A program made the position numbers and the translations under genes. 45,783 nt of DNA from Craspedostauros australis (Eukaryota), in NCBI GenBank assembly GCA_030167865.1, contig JALAGF010004967.1, positions 1 through 45,783 on the forward strand. The letters are read 5' to 3'. The notes beneath the pieces were generated by a model. The model worked only from the letters and a program-made list of their open reading frames with translations. It did not search any database and was not told the DNA's origin. Position 1 is the first letter of the stretch. The number at the start of each line of letters is the position of its first letter. Positions 33,401-42,950 of the stretch are shown piece after piece.

Positions 33401-34740
33401 GGCTGAGCAACGAGTCGCTGCCGTCCTCGATAGAATCGGGCGTCCCGCTCTTCCTTCAGGATTTGTCGACCGATCCAAACAATTCCAGTACGCTTTCCAG
33501 CGATCTGTCATCCCCTCTGTCGGAATTAACCGATTCGTCAGAGCTGGCGAACAGCAACAGCCGTTCCTTCCGCAACACGGAGGGCGCTAAGATCGACCTG
33601 TCTCCGGGCGTGCCGTTGCCACCGATGGATGGGATGCCGTTGGGAACTCCAGTCGGTGACGATGCGCAGAGCCCGACCTTTGCCTTCCGAAAGCATCCAG
33701 GACCGCCAGCAGAGAAGCCAATAGCTGACACGCCTATCGTCAGAGCGCGCAAGCATGTGAAAGCAATGAAGAAGCCAGATTTTCGATTGATGAACGACCC
33801 GCCGCCGCTGGTGCCCGAGTGCAAGGAGGACGAGCTGGGCAATGCCACGGATGAGGGTTCCTTCTCAGAGGAAAGGTCGTCACTTCTTCCATCGTTGGGT
33901 ACATTGGGCGCGTCGGGCTCATTGAGCGAATCGGATGGCGACAGGAGCACAATGGTGAATGGAAACCAGATTGCGTTGCCATCCATCAGCCTGACGCAAA
34001 AGCATCGTGATGGACCGAGCCACGTGGACCCCGGGACGGTGGTGGATGCCGACAAAGGCAGGGACGAGCGAAAGAGCGATGCCTCGGCTACAACAGCGAG
34101 GTTGATCATCGCCGTGTCGTCATCATCCGAATCGAACCACAGGACCTTTTTTCAAGATGGTGCATGTGACGATGTTAGTGGCAATGACGATGACAACGAC
34201 AACAGCCATGGTGCCAGCAATGTCGGTGGCGGTAGCGATAGCGATAGCAACATCGTTGAATGCAGGGCTGATTCTGCAACGAGCATTGCTAGCAGCGGTA
34301 GCATCAACGCAAACGGCACAAACAATGTGCTCAAGAGCAGCAGCACCGCTCAGGAACTCCACACATCGCAGACCGGAAGACACTTTCAGGATCTATCAAA
34401 ACGTGACGAAGGAGCAATGCTGGACCCGAGGAGGACACTCACCAAGGGTTCAAGTGGGAAGAAACTTGGAATGGCACCGGGGCCAAATGCCATCCGCCGA
34501 TCCTTCGTCGTAAGCATCCCATCGCATCTGCAAGGGTTGAATCAGCCAAGGGCAACGTCATCACCAGAAGATGAAAGTGCCGATGGCAAAGGCGTTGCTG
34601 GTGATGGTGACGACGATGACGACTTGTCTTTATCACAACACGAGCTGTTCGAAGGCCAAGCATCACCGCTGGCACCCACCAATTCACACAAGAACCCATG
34701 GCTTAGCGCTGTCCTGAAAGCAAAGCGTGGCCAAAAGTAG
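24460..34740 (+). CDS. Giant (3426 aa) intronless protein with degenerate ankyrin-like repeats and long disordered regions; function unknown
   Basis: 10.3-kb stop-free ORF; ankyrin-like GRTPLHWAC, SYPLHLAV, GKTPLLWAI, LPIHLAC, YPLHIAM, LPLHVGI; twice-repeated capping motif L(Y/F)PFQM.A...F.LLR.NP. Confidence 0.85.
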   Translation: MPIVDVATRDARHTNTAAAAEATAAATHSHTSTSIINHTGQVHTRPHAPAHANLRANSYENSNLGSHSNEPHAQFLKTQVGLNQRAKHRSNRGHSISRSPSRSRSPSRNQNRIQNQSSSQGHRKTERLQSSNAEAKSIAAQETAAGAAVAAAVGIGTKGADLDIHAWGGTDDHSDPHHDLHHDPHHELHKHMDLVNNSSFSTASLTTAMTSSRTVVSTRSTSPGSPTSNATNALHVAAQTVGSVREGNDEADHDASLVSLLSNNQSWTGQPSPVRTTAPKPPTRVLTTSFAHIKDGAPSALTMSVVETQTPHAPDYDYVYKPSRQRQRQRQQTPSTESTASTPSTVSMPADELEATANVTDAMDANQTSDEESYQIGDSDDSISLSSSSSSKRKRKRERANMNANRSRTSSNASSYDADVDADADTNDGVASTSSSNSARDFNAPQHHYPHSQSDHLPYHSASATNNIQMNMNHSHSSSGTQPTFNTSASHPNSHHQQRQSHATAPIERSDHHARPRGRSRTNTNGSTTYDTNSHQHGHPHGHPHPHGQPRDAFALSNSNVHAHAHTHAYTTRIHSSASTDSSFLSTGGSSTTTATTTNRTRPHRNGSGISISMESTTDDSTESTIAPLRSSCFHRASVSSDASTVNQHNRSEKYRSMIRPTHSHDSSALTSNTSQFDNDHVYNAHNPHMHGNPNNQHLDPKSSPSWKWQHCIQNQYWEELETLLQTYNPKHHPTEHQHCKQTLVKKKPKKRKRRQLRVTKYFQNMFQRKGSIDADDNNSSNSNNNNDRNNSNQDDGKPRAAVAAAASSANTHTGLANRDLSLDDDGRPIISTLTHDLESDDEGISMNTNANTTTTTNTATTKSSRLWRHKSKNKSKDLPSSPLLCVDPQTGRTPLHWACWERVPNKIVQKMLFVARLAASTKDNQHSYPLHLAVQAGRRNLDLLDKLIKAYPPASWQPDGQGKTPLLWAIDDAIYNFDGPIPMAATGVAPDFDPVNADFRNAGNRDGSTIDNHNAHDHHNHNHNTTNDMNGAAANGEKVTPPPYCFWGFPHYQHHQEWQQRQERRFALVKWLLENRIARNKPLNINVENHTVLLECLQAAAPPSVIRLILQMSMDNLLEPMKSKPSSQPEAAVNALMGPQPITTAAATSKKERLLAGPVLSYLISRQYPKDLWISVLNACPTSFLKTYKDPMGRGLVASHYRVACVLHEDAPAPLPSPSLAETATAMIAAANGVATAAINHPPNRTRKLRSQFKRRRNRSDDGKGSYLQTSTSSLLSTSSISSVSTLHDSSDNEEGEDRSGRNNHTLVAKGSYRRTLQEWALAKEQHDIDYTPPTPFMEWWDKLQLLLEYWATHEIPKRLRSANSLGTAAASIVTDDDSHTETEHSQPDGSNSDSNGNDDKTVINPDIELSEEVHEELLMVHSALTNSDVPPSLLQLLVALYPNATELPHPKTTALPIHLACRVWRYRTVPPRRGETHEVLLLNDLCSQLIETDPSFRTKHARYRQRLAIHHAIAANKPWNFIQPLVEASPISLIQRDPNTKLYPFQMAAKPEVQLDVEVLTKSAFTDFEWNNAMPTEEQERAMEVVETVIELEQFTLCFELLRANPDAIDPSVIRRREAARVARRASLGLSTKRSKSKSILARADDTITDALQIKYVQGLFHLGHVSAHYIGWAYDTNARGWKVHRCNLAVIKEAIMDGFVSTTLHPWWKKLKFWIWQESRIVVPHSEEFLLHAAVSNPDTPLYVINLILEIFPRSVSIPIPNCVECYPLHIAMNTPKYLPLPFEFPHPKTAIEMILHANPDAALIKWDHVKLPLHVGITAGKGWDELKAVVDQEPDALAVPQEDLFPFQMMAVGQPYSEEKRLRLEESVRNQVGASKWRQLTPHQRVLENSKALASQDLSVMSSIFQLLRRNPLLLCLGTDFVAIPPHHHRRDASGTGKDAAGRRQRAANMAMLSTHKRTWLNQSFDSNLSLRSLDFLEEVYEMDSSKLSLTLEDAFGEGSFSLDNNSTGNNQSGSSASIQFGMDSGLGGGMNGFGGVSMSNVGGVTGGSPAVGSRHARFAPSPDNSASKFDQSMSLDQLGGGASSFSRDDSLTLTDLSHLPWASSLARAQRRRQSLGGSYHSRGSTSPNSSIRSDQSFSLDQLIPRTFSRDDNISESLPSRHGRPPTRPMRRRLSQSSAASSQAGGIASHGSRDFESSDQSITLEGLTTGTLPLNDTSSSFARRQGGGGVGVNGGGRKQRQTPTKGGRKQYPLARAPMNDSIRADGFGLHGNAIFRRHQAAGSRANQQDGDVIEEFKEDTSSDEAEMEYEETEYEEMDPNFESQFEFDFEERDPNFSSEEEDLEYEEEDPNFSSDEGELGQAKIMPSFDSKDCAGNNATPEVRTNETPKAEATSGDTKSQNTNDSSYDIGSDGADGAPHVATGDEHDDQASSITARKAIGGPGIMSVARNGKVVGDLREPSKTKSGKAGGSKSKGRDDATMEAKSMPSKIEKRATLSKPKSILPKTTLDVTPTMVDKKTKKGESASANRDELLKASMAAIENAVHEIDNSMDMQHLEQLNSSFSLTPPMAEVVTPDHADMTLSIPRDGQVMPGYDFGSRRFTVADVSHLDGVGVYSRDADASRLERIDSNLKHVVVITKREAFIITRDKLKMLKASVYHRNHKRSWLRVLQNYGSQLSLRGLHTLRQDQDQQLVSIAMIDKNMVVVDEDEDYIWIIHGIAAANHIEHFDVQQTMEAVAYFERLGEIATWLDIFCKPELANCAFQAKENSAIVKWLAHIMTMEPSNEFKPALKQSDFILTPAILRSSMTHYESGNISERLPLDNKLVFALNRHKLRNALRLKQRIPIHFQIPRSHRYSVARKAIVRTLERDRVLEILKVKQLTASGVKCKLRPKSKSHRFYIQEKIVNIPYRMTTRQLSRYDEKMKKMKRSTARTSNASSTSTNFGMSMSIGKWDDSSSGFDEASAVGARAMRRQLERLSNESLPSSIESGVPLFLQDLSTDPNNSSTLSSDLSSPLSELTDSSELANSNSRSFRNTEGAKIDLSPGVPLPPMDGMPLGTPVGDDAQSPTFAFRKHPGPPAEKPIADTPIVRARKHVKAMKKPDFRLMNDPPPLVPECKEDELGNATDEGSFSEERSSLLPSLGTLGASGSLSESDGDRSTMVNGNQIALPSISLTQKHRDGPSHVDPGTVVDADKGRDERKSDASATTARLIIAVSSSSESNHRTFFQDGACDDVSGNDDDNDNSHGASNVGGGSDSDSNIVECRADSATSIASSGSINANGTNNVLKSSSTAQELHTSQTGRHFQDLSKRDEGAMLDPRRTLTKGSSGKKLGMAPGPNAIRRSFVVSIPSHLQGLNQPRATSSPEDESADGKGVAGDGDDDDDLSLSQHELFEGQASPLAPTNSHKNPWLSAVLKAKRGQK

Positions 34741-34971
34741 GTAAAATGTGTAGAATGCGTATGGTACCAAATGTATATATATATGTGCGTGTGTGTGTGC
34801 GCGCGCAAGAGAGAGAGACTAGGAACGAGTCGTTGTAGAGCACTCGATGTTGGTATGTGCGCGCAACTTTGGTAGCGTACGCATTGTCAAAGGACATCCC
34901 ATCGATTGTTTGCCTGTCGCTCTGCTCTCGTACGAGCACCGTACTTCGAAGTACAGATCGTACTGGTGTGC

Positions 34972-35937
34972 TCACCGTGATCTCAAGGTTGCCGTGTTTG
35001 CATGGTTGCGTGGTACCAGAGGTACGATGGAGCCCAAACCATCTGGATGCAGTGTCATTCCTGCAGTGCTCTGCATTGCCTCAGGATCGGACGCCGTGGG
35101 TGGTACCCCGCTCGCACGCGTGCCAGTAGAGTTGCCACTGCTGCCACTGTTGCTGCTGTTGCTGGTGAAGTGCTGCATCTCGTCGAGGCTGTTGAGGAAG
35201 ATGGAATGGATGAGAAGCCTGGTCCAATCATCGACGCCGCTGTCCTGGTTGTGCCTGACTGCATCCAAGAGAACGACGATGGGGTGCGCCTCGTCTTCGA
35301 CGTTGTTGCCGTCCAGGTGCTGGTATCGGGTGAGGATGTGACCATGCAGCACCTCCCCGACGAAGGCTAGGATGCTGGTCGCGAGGAACCAATATTCTGC
35401 CATGCGCACGAGCTGCGCGAGGAAGCTGCCCCGACCGTGGGATCCGGAGGTCGTGACGGATGCGTACGTGGCGAGGGTTTGCAGGACGACGTAACACGAT
35501 GATGCCTTCGCGATGTTGACGAGGCTCCAGAAGTTGGGATGCGCAGTGTGGGCAAGCACGGCTCCCAAGGGCGCTATGACGGCTATGGCGACGAGAACGG
35601 GCATGAGGGAGGCTCCCGGCGTGATGTTGATGACCTGCGAGAGCCGCAGCTGCAGGATGTACGCCGTGGTGAGGCAGAGGAAAGATTGGCCGACGACGTG
35701 CACGATGCCGAGGAGATTGTCAAGGAAGATCTGTCCTGGGAAGAATATGTGGCACACCAGCACCCTCGTGACTCCCACGGCCACCAGCAGCAGCAGCGCC
35801 CGTCGGAATGGAAATGAGAGCTTGCCGCCTATCGTGCCGTTGGAATCGAACGGCATGCGAGGCGCGACGGCCAGCAACGCGACGCAGATGGTGAAGATCT
35901 GTCCCGCCACGAAGTGGATCTCCGCCCCTGACTTCAT
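34972..35937 (-). CDS. Uncharacterised multipass membrane protein (321 aa)
   Basis: ATG-initiated ORF with about 6-7 hydrophobic segments (IFTICVALLAVA, ALLLLVAVGV, LGIVHVVGQSFLCL, LMPVLVAIAVIAPLGAVL, WFLATSILAFVG) and C-ending codon bias like neighbouring genes; family not recognised. Confidence 0.7.
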   Translation of the reverse strand: MKSGAEIHFVAGQIFTICVALLAVAPRMPFDSNGTIGGKLSFPFRRALLLLVAVGVTRVLVCHIFFPGQIFLDNLLGIVHVVGQSFLCLTTAYILQLRLSQVINITPGASLMPVLVAIAVIAPLGAVLAHTAHPNFWSLVNIAKASSCYVVLQTLATYASVTTSGSHGRGSFLAQLVRMAEYWFLATSILAFVGEVLHGHILTRYQHLDGNNVEDEAHPIVVLLDAVRHNQDSGVDDWTRLLIHSIFLNSLDEMQHFTSNSSNSGSSGNSTGTRASGVPPTASDPEAMQSTAGMTLHPDGLGSIVPLVPRNHANTATLRSR

Positions 35938-35965
35938 CGTTTGACAGAGTGATGTGGTGTGAAGC

Positions 35966-36006
35966 GTGAAGAAGTGTGAAGAAGGGTGAAGAAGTGTGAA
36001 GAAGGG
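35966..36006. repeat. Short tandem GTGAAGAAG(T/G) repeats just upstream of the membrane-protein gene
   Basis: gtgaagaagtgtgaagaagggtgaagaagtgtgaagaaggg visible. Confidence 0.75.
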
Positions 36007-37115
36007 TGGTGCTGTGATTTGTTCGAACCTTGATTGATCCTTGGTCCTTGCTCAGGTAGACAGTTGTGGGAATGGTGGCTCGAGTAGTCGTATGTGCGGA
36101 TACAGACGTGTTGTGCGAAGTGCATGGTGTTATACTATACTATACTATTCTATTATATGGAATATAATGTGTGGCACTACAAGCAGGAGATGAGTAGTCG
36201 TAGGTCGAACAGCAGAGGAGCACTGTGTCCTCGTACATGCTCGTGTGAGTGTGTACGACTATGGTATGAGGAGTGAAGCAGAGAGCAGCGATTCATCAAG
36301 ATGACGGTGCTGCAGGAGTGCCACTTCGACGATCGACGACAACACAACCCATGGAGACAGACCAGCAAGGGAGCGGGTACCCTGCTCTGCTCTCCACCGC
36401 ATAGTAACTCTATTCAATGCAGAAATGGATCCGACCAGTTCTTCATTGTCGTTGTCAGGCTCTTGTCCTCGCCAGCCAACAACAGGCGCGCACGCGTTGC
36501 GTCTTTGGTGCCGCGCAGCTCTCGTGTGGTTTCGCGCAATTTCTTCTGTGGTGTTCCTCGTTGTTCATTTCTTCGATTCGTGTTCCTTCGAGTCTTGTTG
36601 TGGCGTCCCATTGCGCACGACTGATTCACATACGGGATCCGAATCACGCGAATCCATTGGTCGCACTTGATCGAATGGATCCAACTGGCGTTCTTCGATC
36701 TGATTCGTGTTTGAGCAGACACATCTCACAAACGTGACAATTGAAACGAAACACGCGAAGGCGCGCAACACAAACCTGGGAGAGTGTGCGAACAACGGCT
36801 GCTGCTGTCGTTGCCAAGATTTGGGGTTGTTTGCTGTTGGCCTTGTTCGCACCTGATCGCTTAGTTCATTACACTTCATTGTCCACAAACAACAAGAACA
36901 ACAAGAACAACAACAAGGAAGTATCGGTCGTTGCTCCTTCGCGCTGCAACCACACAAGCACCCGCACACCCATCGGATTGATCCACCACGAGAGAGCTGT
37001 TCCCAGTTGACTCCCGTTCTTCACAGGGCCCTCAGTCAATCGTATCTCTCTCAAGGCGAAGCTTTGATTCCCACAGAATCTGTTGGAACTGTTGACGCAA
37101 TACAAGCTACTATAC

Positions 37116-37140
37116 GACTGATCGACTGATCGACTGATCG
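37116..37140. repeat. 8-bp tandem repeat (GACTGATC)x3 upstream of IST1
   Basis: Directly visible. Confidence 0.8.
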
Positions 37141-37334
37141 AGTCATACAGCAGCGGAGTCCTCAAGTCGTACGACTACTCCACGTATAATAGGTATTGCT
37201 GTGTCTGTCCAGATCACGAGAACAGACGTCAAGGCACCCATCAACGCCCCCATCAAAGGCAAGCAGACCGAAGCAGAGCAGATCGATCCAAGGATCCAGA
37301 CAAGCAAAGCAAAGTAAAGAAAAGAGGCATAAAA

Positions 37335-38626
37335 ATGTTAGGAATGTTCAACGGATTCAACGGCAGAAAGCTGAAGGCGCAGCTCAAGATGGCGGTCAGC
37401 CGCTTTCAGATCACCAGCAACAAGAGGACGGCCCTCATCAAGCAGGAGATGCGCAACGTCGCAAGGCTCCTGGCGGAGAACCCACCTCGCGAGGAGAATG
37501 CTCGCATCAAGGCAGAAGCGCTCATCCGCGAGGACAACATGATCGAGGCCTACGACATCCTCTCGTTGGAGTGCGAGCTGCTCAGTGAGCGCATCAAGCT
37601 TCTTGAATTCAGCAAGGATTGTCCATTGGATCTCGTCGCCTGCATCTCGACCCTCATATACGGTGAGTCTTTCTCTGGAGTGCGACCTTGCGCGACCATC
37701 AGGGGTTGTTGTTGTTGTTGTTGTTGTTGTTGTTAATGTTGCTATTGCTGTTGTTGTTGTTGCTGCTCTCCACGATTTCACGCATTTTCACTTCTCTGTG
37801 CCACATCCTTGCAAAGCTCATCATTGTGCCCATCCATCCCCATCATTGCCTTCTCTCGTCACCCCCAGCGAGCCCGAGAGTGGACATTGCCGAGCTGCAG
37901 GAAATTCGAAAACAATTCCGCGCCAAGTACGGCAAGAAGTTCGAAGAGGCGGCGCTCAACAACGAAGGCGGGGTGCTCAACGAACGCGTCGTCACCAAGC
38001 TCTCCATCCAACCCCCTGCGGCCTACCTCGTTCAGACCTACCTCGAGCGCATCTGTGAACGCGAAGAGGTCCACTGGAAGCCGACCATCAAACTGTCGGC
38101 AGCGCAGATGGTGGAGCCCATGGCGGCGCCATCCGGATTCTCCGTGCCCGTCGCGAATGGATCCGGTCTCGGGATGGTTCAAGCCGCCACGGGCCTGGAG
38201 GGGAATGATCAGGATAGTACTGGATTCGGAAATCCACCAGGCAACAATGGCAACAACAACAACAACGGCGGATGGGGCGGTGGCGACGGTGGCATGACGG
38301 AACCGCCGGAGGCCACAGCCACGCCAATACTGCCAACGGCACCATCGCCGTCGGCCACCAGCGTCGGGGTGGACTTTGCCGAGCCAGACATTTACATTCC
38401 GGCTGCACCGGGACACAGCTCCACTAGAGCCTCCGTCACCATCGAGCCTATGGGACCGCCAGAAACGAAGCGTGACAGCACCAGCACCAGCAGCAACAAC
38501 AACAACAACAACAACGATGATGATAACAGTAACCCGCCATCTTCCGCTGGTGGGGGTGCTGGCAACAGCACCGATCGATCTTACGAAGACATTGCAGCCC
38601 GTTTCGACAATCTCAAGCATCTGTGA
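37335..38626 (+). CDS. IST1: IST1 (ESCRT-III-like regulator of Vps4), about 361 aa; exons 37335-37662 and 37869-38626
   Basis: FNGRKLKAQLKMAVSRF, ARIKAEALIREDNMIEAYDILSLECELLSERI, STLIYA|SPRVDIAELQEIRKQFRAKYGKKF, LNERVVTKLS...LVQTYLERI; C-terminal MIM1-like SYEDIAARFDNLKHL. Confidence 0.95.
37663..37868 (+). other. Spliceosomal intron (phase 1, 206 nt) in IST1
   Basis: G|GTGAGT donor and ccccCAG acceptor; G+CG gives Ala and restores LIYASPRVD. Confidence 0.92.
37705..37762. repeat. (GTT)n microsatellite inside the IST1 intron
   Basis: About 10 perfect GTT units followed by imperfect units. Confidence 0.9.
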
Positions 38627-38987
38627 AGCAATCGGTGAAGCAATCTGTAAATCAGAAAGTACTAGAGCATGCGCGCATGTACTGCAATTATCCGATACGA
38701 CAAGAGCACTTCTGAAGAATTGATTGTCCACTTAATCCATCACTGCAATGAAATGTGCGAACTCCTATACTCTCATATCATATGTTATACCATACAGTAC
38801 TACCTCTGTGCCACACAAACGCGAGCTACTGAATTGCAATTTCATTGTATCGGGCCGAACTGACTCTACCCTCTCTCTCTCTGGGGAGAGAGAAGCATCC
38901 ACACAGTGGAATGCACACTCTCTTGTACTGCACAAGAGCAAAACTGCCACGGGTGCGCTCCACTGTATCTTACTCCACATGTACAAT

Positions 38988-40927
38988 TCAGAATGAATTT
39001 GTCAGTGGACACCCAAATACCACCTCTTCCACACGGTGCCATGAACGATGCTGTCCCATGGCGACCATCCAACCACGTTCGGCGATGCCAAGCCGCTCCT
39101 CTTCGTGCTGTAGGTAATACACGATCTTGCGTTCCAAATCTTCCAAGCTCTCAAAGAACACGATGGAGGTCCCGTCCACCACACCGCGCGGCGGCGACAG
39201 CATGGTGTCATGGATCACCAGCGCGCCGCTGGCCATGGACTCGAACAGCCGGTAGTGATCCTCCCATTCATCGCGCTGCGTCACCACCACGATCTTGGAC
39301 TGCAGCAGGGCCAGGATGTACGCTTCCTCGACGAAGTTCCGTCCCATCTTGCCGCGTTGGCCCTGCAGTTTGGTGGATGCGCGGATGGTGCGAGACGTAG
39401 TATCCGGCTGGCCGTTGCCATCAATTTGCAGCGGCTGGTTGTCCATCCGTTCAATGACGGCGGAGACATTGGAACGGTACAAGCCGTAGTTGAAGAACAT
39501 GGCGGAGCGCCATAGATGAATGACGTCCATCGGGCGATCGGTGTGCGGTGGTGGGCGGTCCAAGAATCCTGCTCGTAGCGATGCCATTCGCAGCTCCGTG
39601 GAAATAACACGTTTACGCAATGATTGGAACGGCACGAGTTCATGCAGCTCTTGGACTGTATCACCACGCACCGCGTACGGCATGGCCACCGGCGTGTTCC
39701 CCGTATGGTTGCTCCAGAACTCATCAAGCTCCGTGCAAAGGAAACCAGTGACCTGCAACCCCAAGGTCGAATTCCAATGCCGGCCGTCCACCCGAGAACG
39801 CACCGCCAGATGCAGATTGGAGAAGTTGGCGCCAATGTTCATGGCATCTCGTGATGCTTCACGATCTTCGTCACCATCATCACCGTCACCGTTGTACTCG
39901 TACTCGTACTTCACGGCCGGGCCGACCGCACGACCCCATCCCTTCTCGGCAAGCTCTGCGTTGAAGAGATGGTTTTCGTAGAAAGAATCCTGCCAATAGT
40001 CCGCAAAATCCACCAGCAGGACCTTCCATCGGGCCGAGAGATACCACACCATCCTCCTCATGGCGAGATTGCGGTCTGGATTCTCCTCCGTCTTCACCCG
40101 GCACACGTGCACGATCCAGAAGGCAATATCCTCAAAGTCCGAGTCATCATGAATCGCGGCTGTCGCTGGTGTATCCTTGAGCACGTCGACGGGGCACCCC
40201 TTGAAGGATCCCATGACGCAAATCTTGTGGAGGCTGAGATGGGATGACCCGACGACGCCATCGATGAGAAAGTGCTTGCCTTCATGATTCTTGGAAGGTG
40301 AACGCACAGTGACGATACCAACCTTGATGGGGTTCTGAGGCGACGGTGCTGCCATCAGCGCCGCTGTATCAGCTGTTGGTGATCCTGCCGCCGATGAGAT
40401 GATGGAGCTCCAGATGGTGTCCTCGTGTGTTGACGGATCGCAACCCCCTGCCAGCGACAGCTTTGCAAGCTGAGGCGTTGACTGCTGGCCATAGAATGCA
40501 AAATAGAACAGCACAGCACAGCACATAGCAGCACATAACAGCAACATGCAGTGGGGTGTAGCGCCGAGCATAATGGGTTAGAGCATAGCAGAGCATAATA
40601 TTATAGAATACATCGAAATGGAGCAGATTCAGAGCAGCAGCATGAGTAGTAGCACGAATGTAGAGCAACATTAGTATTCAATAATATAATGTAATATTAT
40701 ACAGTACAATACGGAGACTCCAAACGAATTGTGCACACCCAAGCGGCAACACCAATGGCACTCGCACTCACGTCATGTTCGGTGGGTTGTTGCGATCTCG
40801 TCGCATGTGCATCTTCGCAGGTGCTGGGATCGACGTGGATCTCGGAAGACCGCAATGACTGGAAGATGTTGAATGAACACACCGCGATGGCGATTGCTCC
40901 GAACCACAGCGGCCTTGATTTCGCCAT
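38988..40927 (-). CDS. Type II membrane glycosyltransferase-like protein (CgeB/Glyco_trans_1_2-like C-terminus), about 550 aa; exons 40927-40772 and 40484-38988
   Basis: N-terminal anchor MAKSRPLWFGAIAIAVCSFNIFQ; GT-B C-terminal motif YILALLQSKIVVV...EWEDHYRLFESMASGALVIHD...FFESLEDLERKIVYYLQHEEERLGIAERG...HRSWHRVEE. Confidence 0.75.
40485..40771 (-). other. Probable spliceosomal intron (phase 0) with a tandem CAGCAG acceptor
   Basis: Minus-strand GAC|GTGAGT donor at 40771, AT-rich interior, ggcCAGCAG acceptor at 40487-40482; in-frame join. Confidence 0.7.
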
Positions 40928-42910
40928 TGCATGCCCTGCGGAGTTACGGCGGCATGGCAGTACCGGCAACGCTGGTAGAATAGAACGCGATGATTCTTGT
41001 TGCTCTTGCTCTTGTTGTTGGTCTTGGTCTTGTTGGTCTTGTTCTTGCTGGTCTTGTTGTTTGGAATGGCAGGAGGCCAACGCAAGTGTGCAAAGGCGCC
41101 AAGACGGCTGTCCGAACCAGAGAGCGCACCAGGACATCCTACCATCGAGAGAAATGCGATTAATGAAACATATTGTAATTCACCTCTACCCCATGTTCAA
41201 TCAATGGGTTCATATTCATGTGTTTCAATGTCTTATGCGACAGTACAAAGACACTATCATCACGTGCAAGTGGACATCACGACTCACAACAACGTCAACT
41301 CACATGAAGCGAAACGCCGATTCTGTGACTCAGATGGTTAATTGTAGTGTGCAGATGGAAACAGTGACACTTGCTCTTCGTATCCAATGGATTCAAGACG
41401 CTTCTTCCATGTCTCATTCATGGGTTAGCAACGTGTCGGCAATCGTTCGTGTTTGTCTTCGTGGCTACTGGTGCAGCTTTTTGTTGACAGAAAGGTAGAA
41501 ATGTGCGGTTGTTACACCAGCATGTTGTATGTCTGCCAAGGGTGCGTATGAGAAGTGTCGTTGGCAATCCACGCAAGCAATGAGGCCCAGGAGAGGGTGG
41601 AGCCGCGGGGGCTATGATGTCGAAAGGGTGTACGTATCGAAGGCCATGGATGAAGCCGAGGAGAGCGAAAGGGAAACGAATGGGGCAAGGCAAGGCACAC
41701 CCATGCGGCGAGGTGACGGAGACGGTGGCCAACAGTCAACACAAAACAAACAAGCGACAAGCCAAAAGGGAAAAGCGACATGTCACTCGCCTATGCGTTG
41801 CCGAAGGGCAACGTCCGCATCAGAGAAAAGTATTGCAAGCTTTCGGCGAGATAACTGCACGGGCTCATGGGCCTCTTTGGTGTTGACCGGTGAAAAGATG
41901 AGATTGCGCACCGTTCGCCGAACGTTTGGCCGTTTGACGGTGAATTGGGAAGAGCGCAAGCAGGACAAAAATGGCGACCAGGCAGCAGTTGTGGCATTTT
42001 GTGAAGTGTTCCACCACCACATACTTTTTGGTTCGTCCATCCCGCTTCACGTTGCTTTTGTGAGTAGTACTCTATTGGTACAGTGTCCTGCCCACGCCAT
42101 TTGTAACTCTTGGGAGATCTCCTCCAGCGTCCATCACGCTGATGGACAAACGAAGATCCATGGCTATCCCTTGCGGAGGACATTGCCCGAAACGAAGCCT
42201 CCTGTTCCCTGGTGCTTCCCTCCTTCCAGAGGGACCTCACGGTCTCTGGCCTTGTCACCTGTGGAATCGATTCTTGCATGTCATGAGACGTGAATGTCGC
42301 ACACTCCGTGAAGTTTTGGCCACCCTTCCCGTATTCACGACCGAATTGATAGGTAGCATCACGAAGCACTTGCTAGCACAAGCAGAACTGCGCAGCGTAC
42401 AGGGCACTAGCAACTCTAATACCACATACTCGTCCATCCCACATGATGGTCTCGAGTTGATCTTCTTGTATAGTTATATTTTATGACAGACTATAGTGTA
42501 ATGTTTAGTGTACTCTACATGTTGATAGCAGAATGTGGAGGCATAGTGCTTCCATACAAGTGCTCTCTGGTTGCGAATTGTGGTGGCTGGCAAGTGATAA
42601 AGATGAGAAAACTCACGTTGCTGCAGTCGCGCTGCCGGATTGCGTGGCGTGCCGATGGTCGCCAGCCAACCAGAGTGGCATGGAATGTCACGAAACGGAC
42701 AAGGAGAGAAGATCGGGTGAAGTGACAGGATCCGAAAAATCGAAACATCCCCGCGAAGGCAACAACAAGAAGCACCAAATGGCGCGAACGGAAAAACGAG
42801 AGCGCGCACGAGAACACAAAGCAGCCCTCTGCACAGAGAAAACACAACGCACAAGAGCAAACAACGAGCAAACCAACGCGAGAGCGAAGATCGGTGAAGA
42901 CAACACAGCA

Positions 42911-42950
42911 CAACAGACCACAACAGACCACAACAGACCACAACAGACCA
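42911..42950. repeat. 10-bp tandem repeat (CAACAGACCA)x4
   Basis: Four perfect copies visible. Confidence 0.92.

Noticed and set aside
37688-37868. Poly-Leu 'signal peptide' at the start of ORF 37688-38626
   Set aside because: Translation of the intronic (GTT)n microsatellite in IST1.
40485-40571. Hydrophobic N-terminus of ORF 38988-40571 (MLGATPHCMLLLCAAMCC...) as a signal peptide
   Set aside because: It derives from TGCTG/TGTGC-type repeats just before a CAG acceptor; better explained as intron, with the true anchor in exon 40927-40772.
41529-42369. 254-aa (+) and 192-aa (-) ORFs between divergent genes
   Set aside because: No motifs and no codon bias like the neighbouring genes; probably intergenic, though a small gene or decayed element cannot be excluded.
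42911-42950. Tandem arrays here and at 24096-24150 and 1211-1254 as CRISPR-like or telomeric repeats
   Set aside because: Units are 10-13 bp, head-to-tail with no spacers, no cas genes, eukaryotic context, and not a telomere-type repeat.
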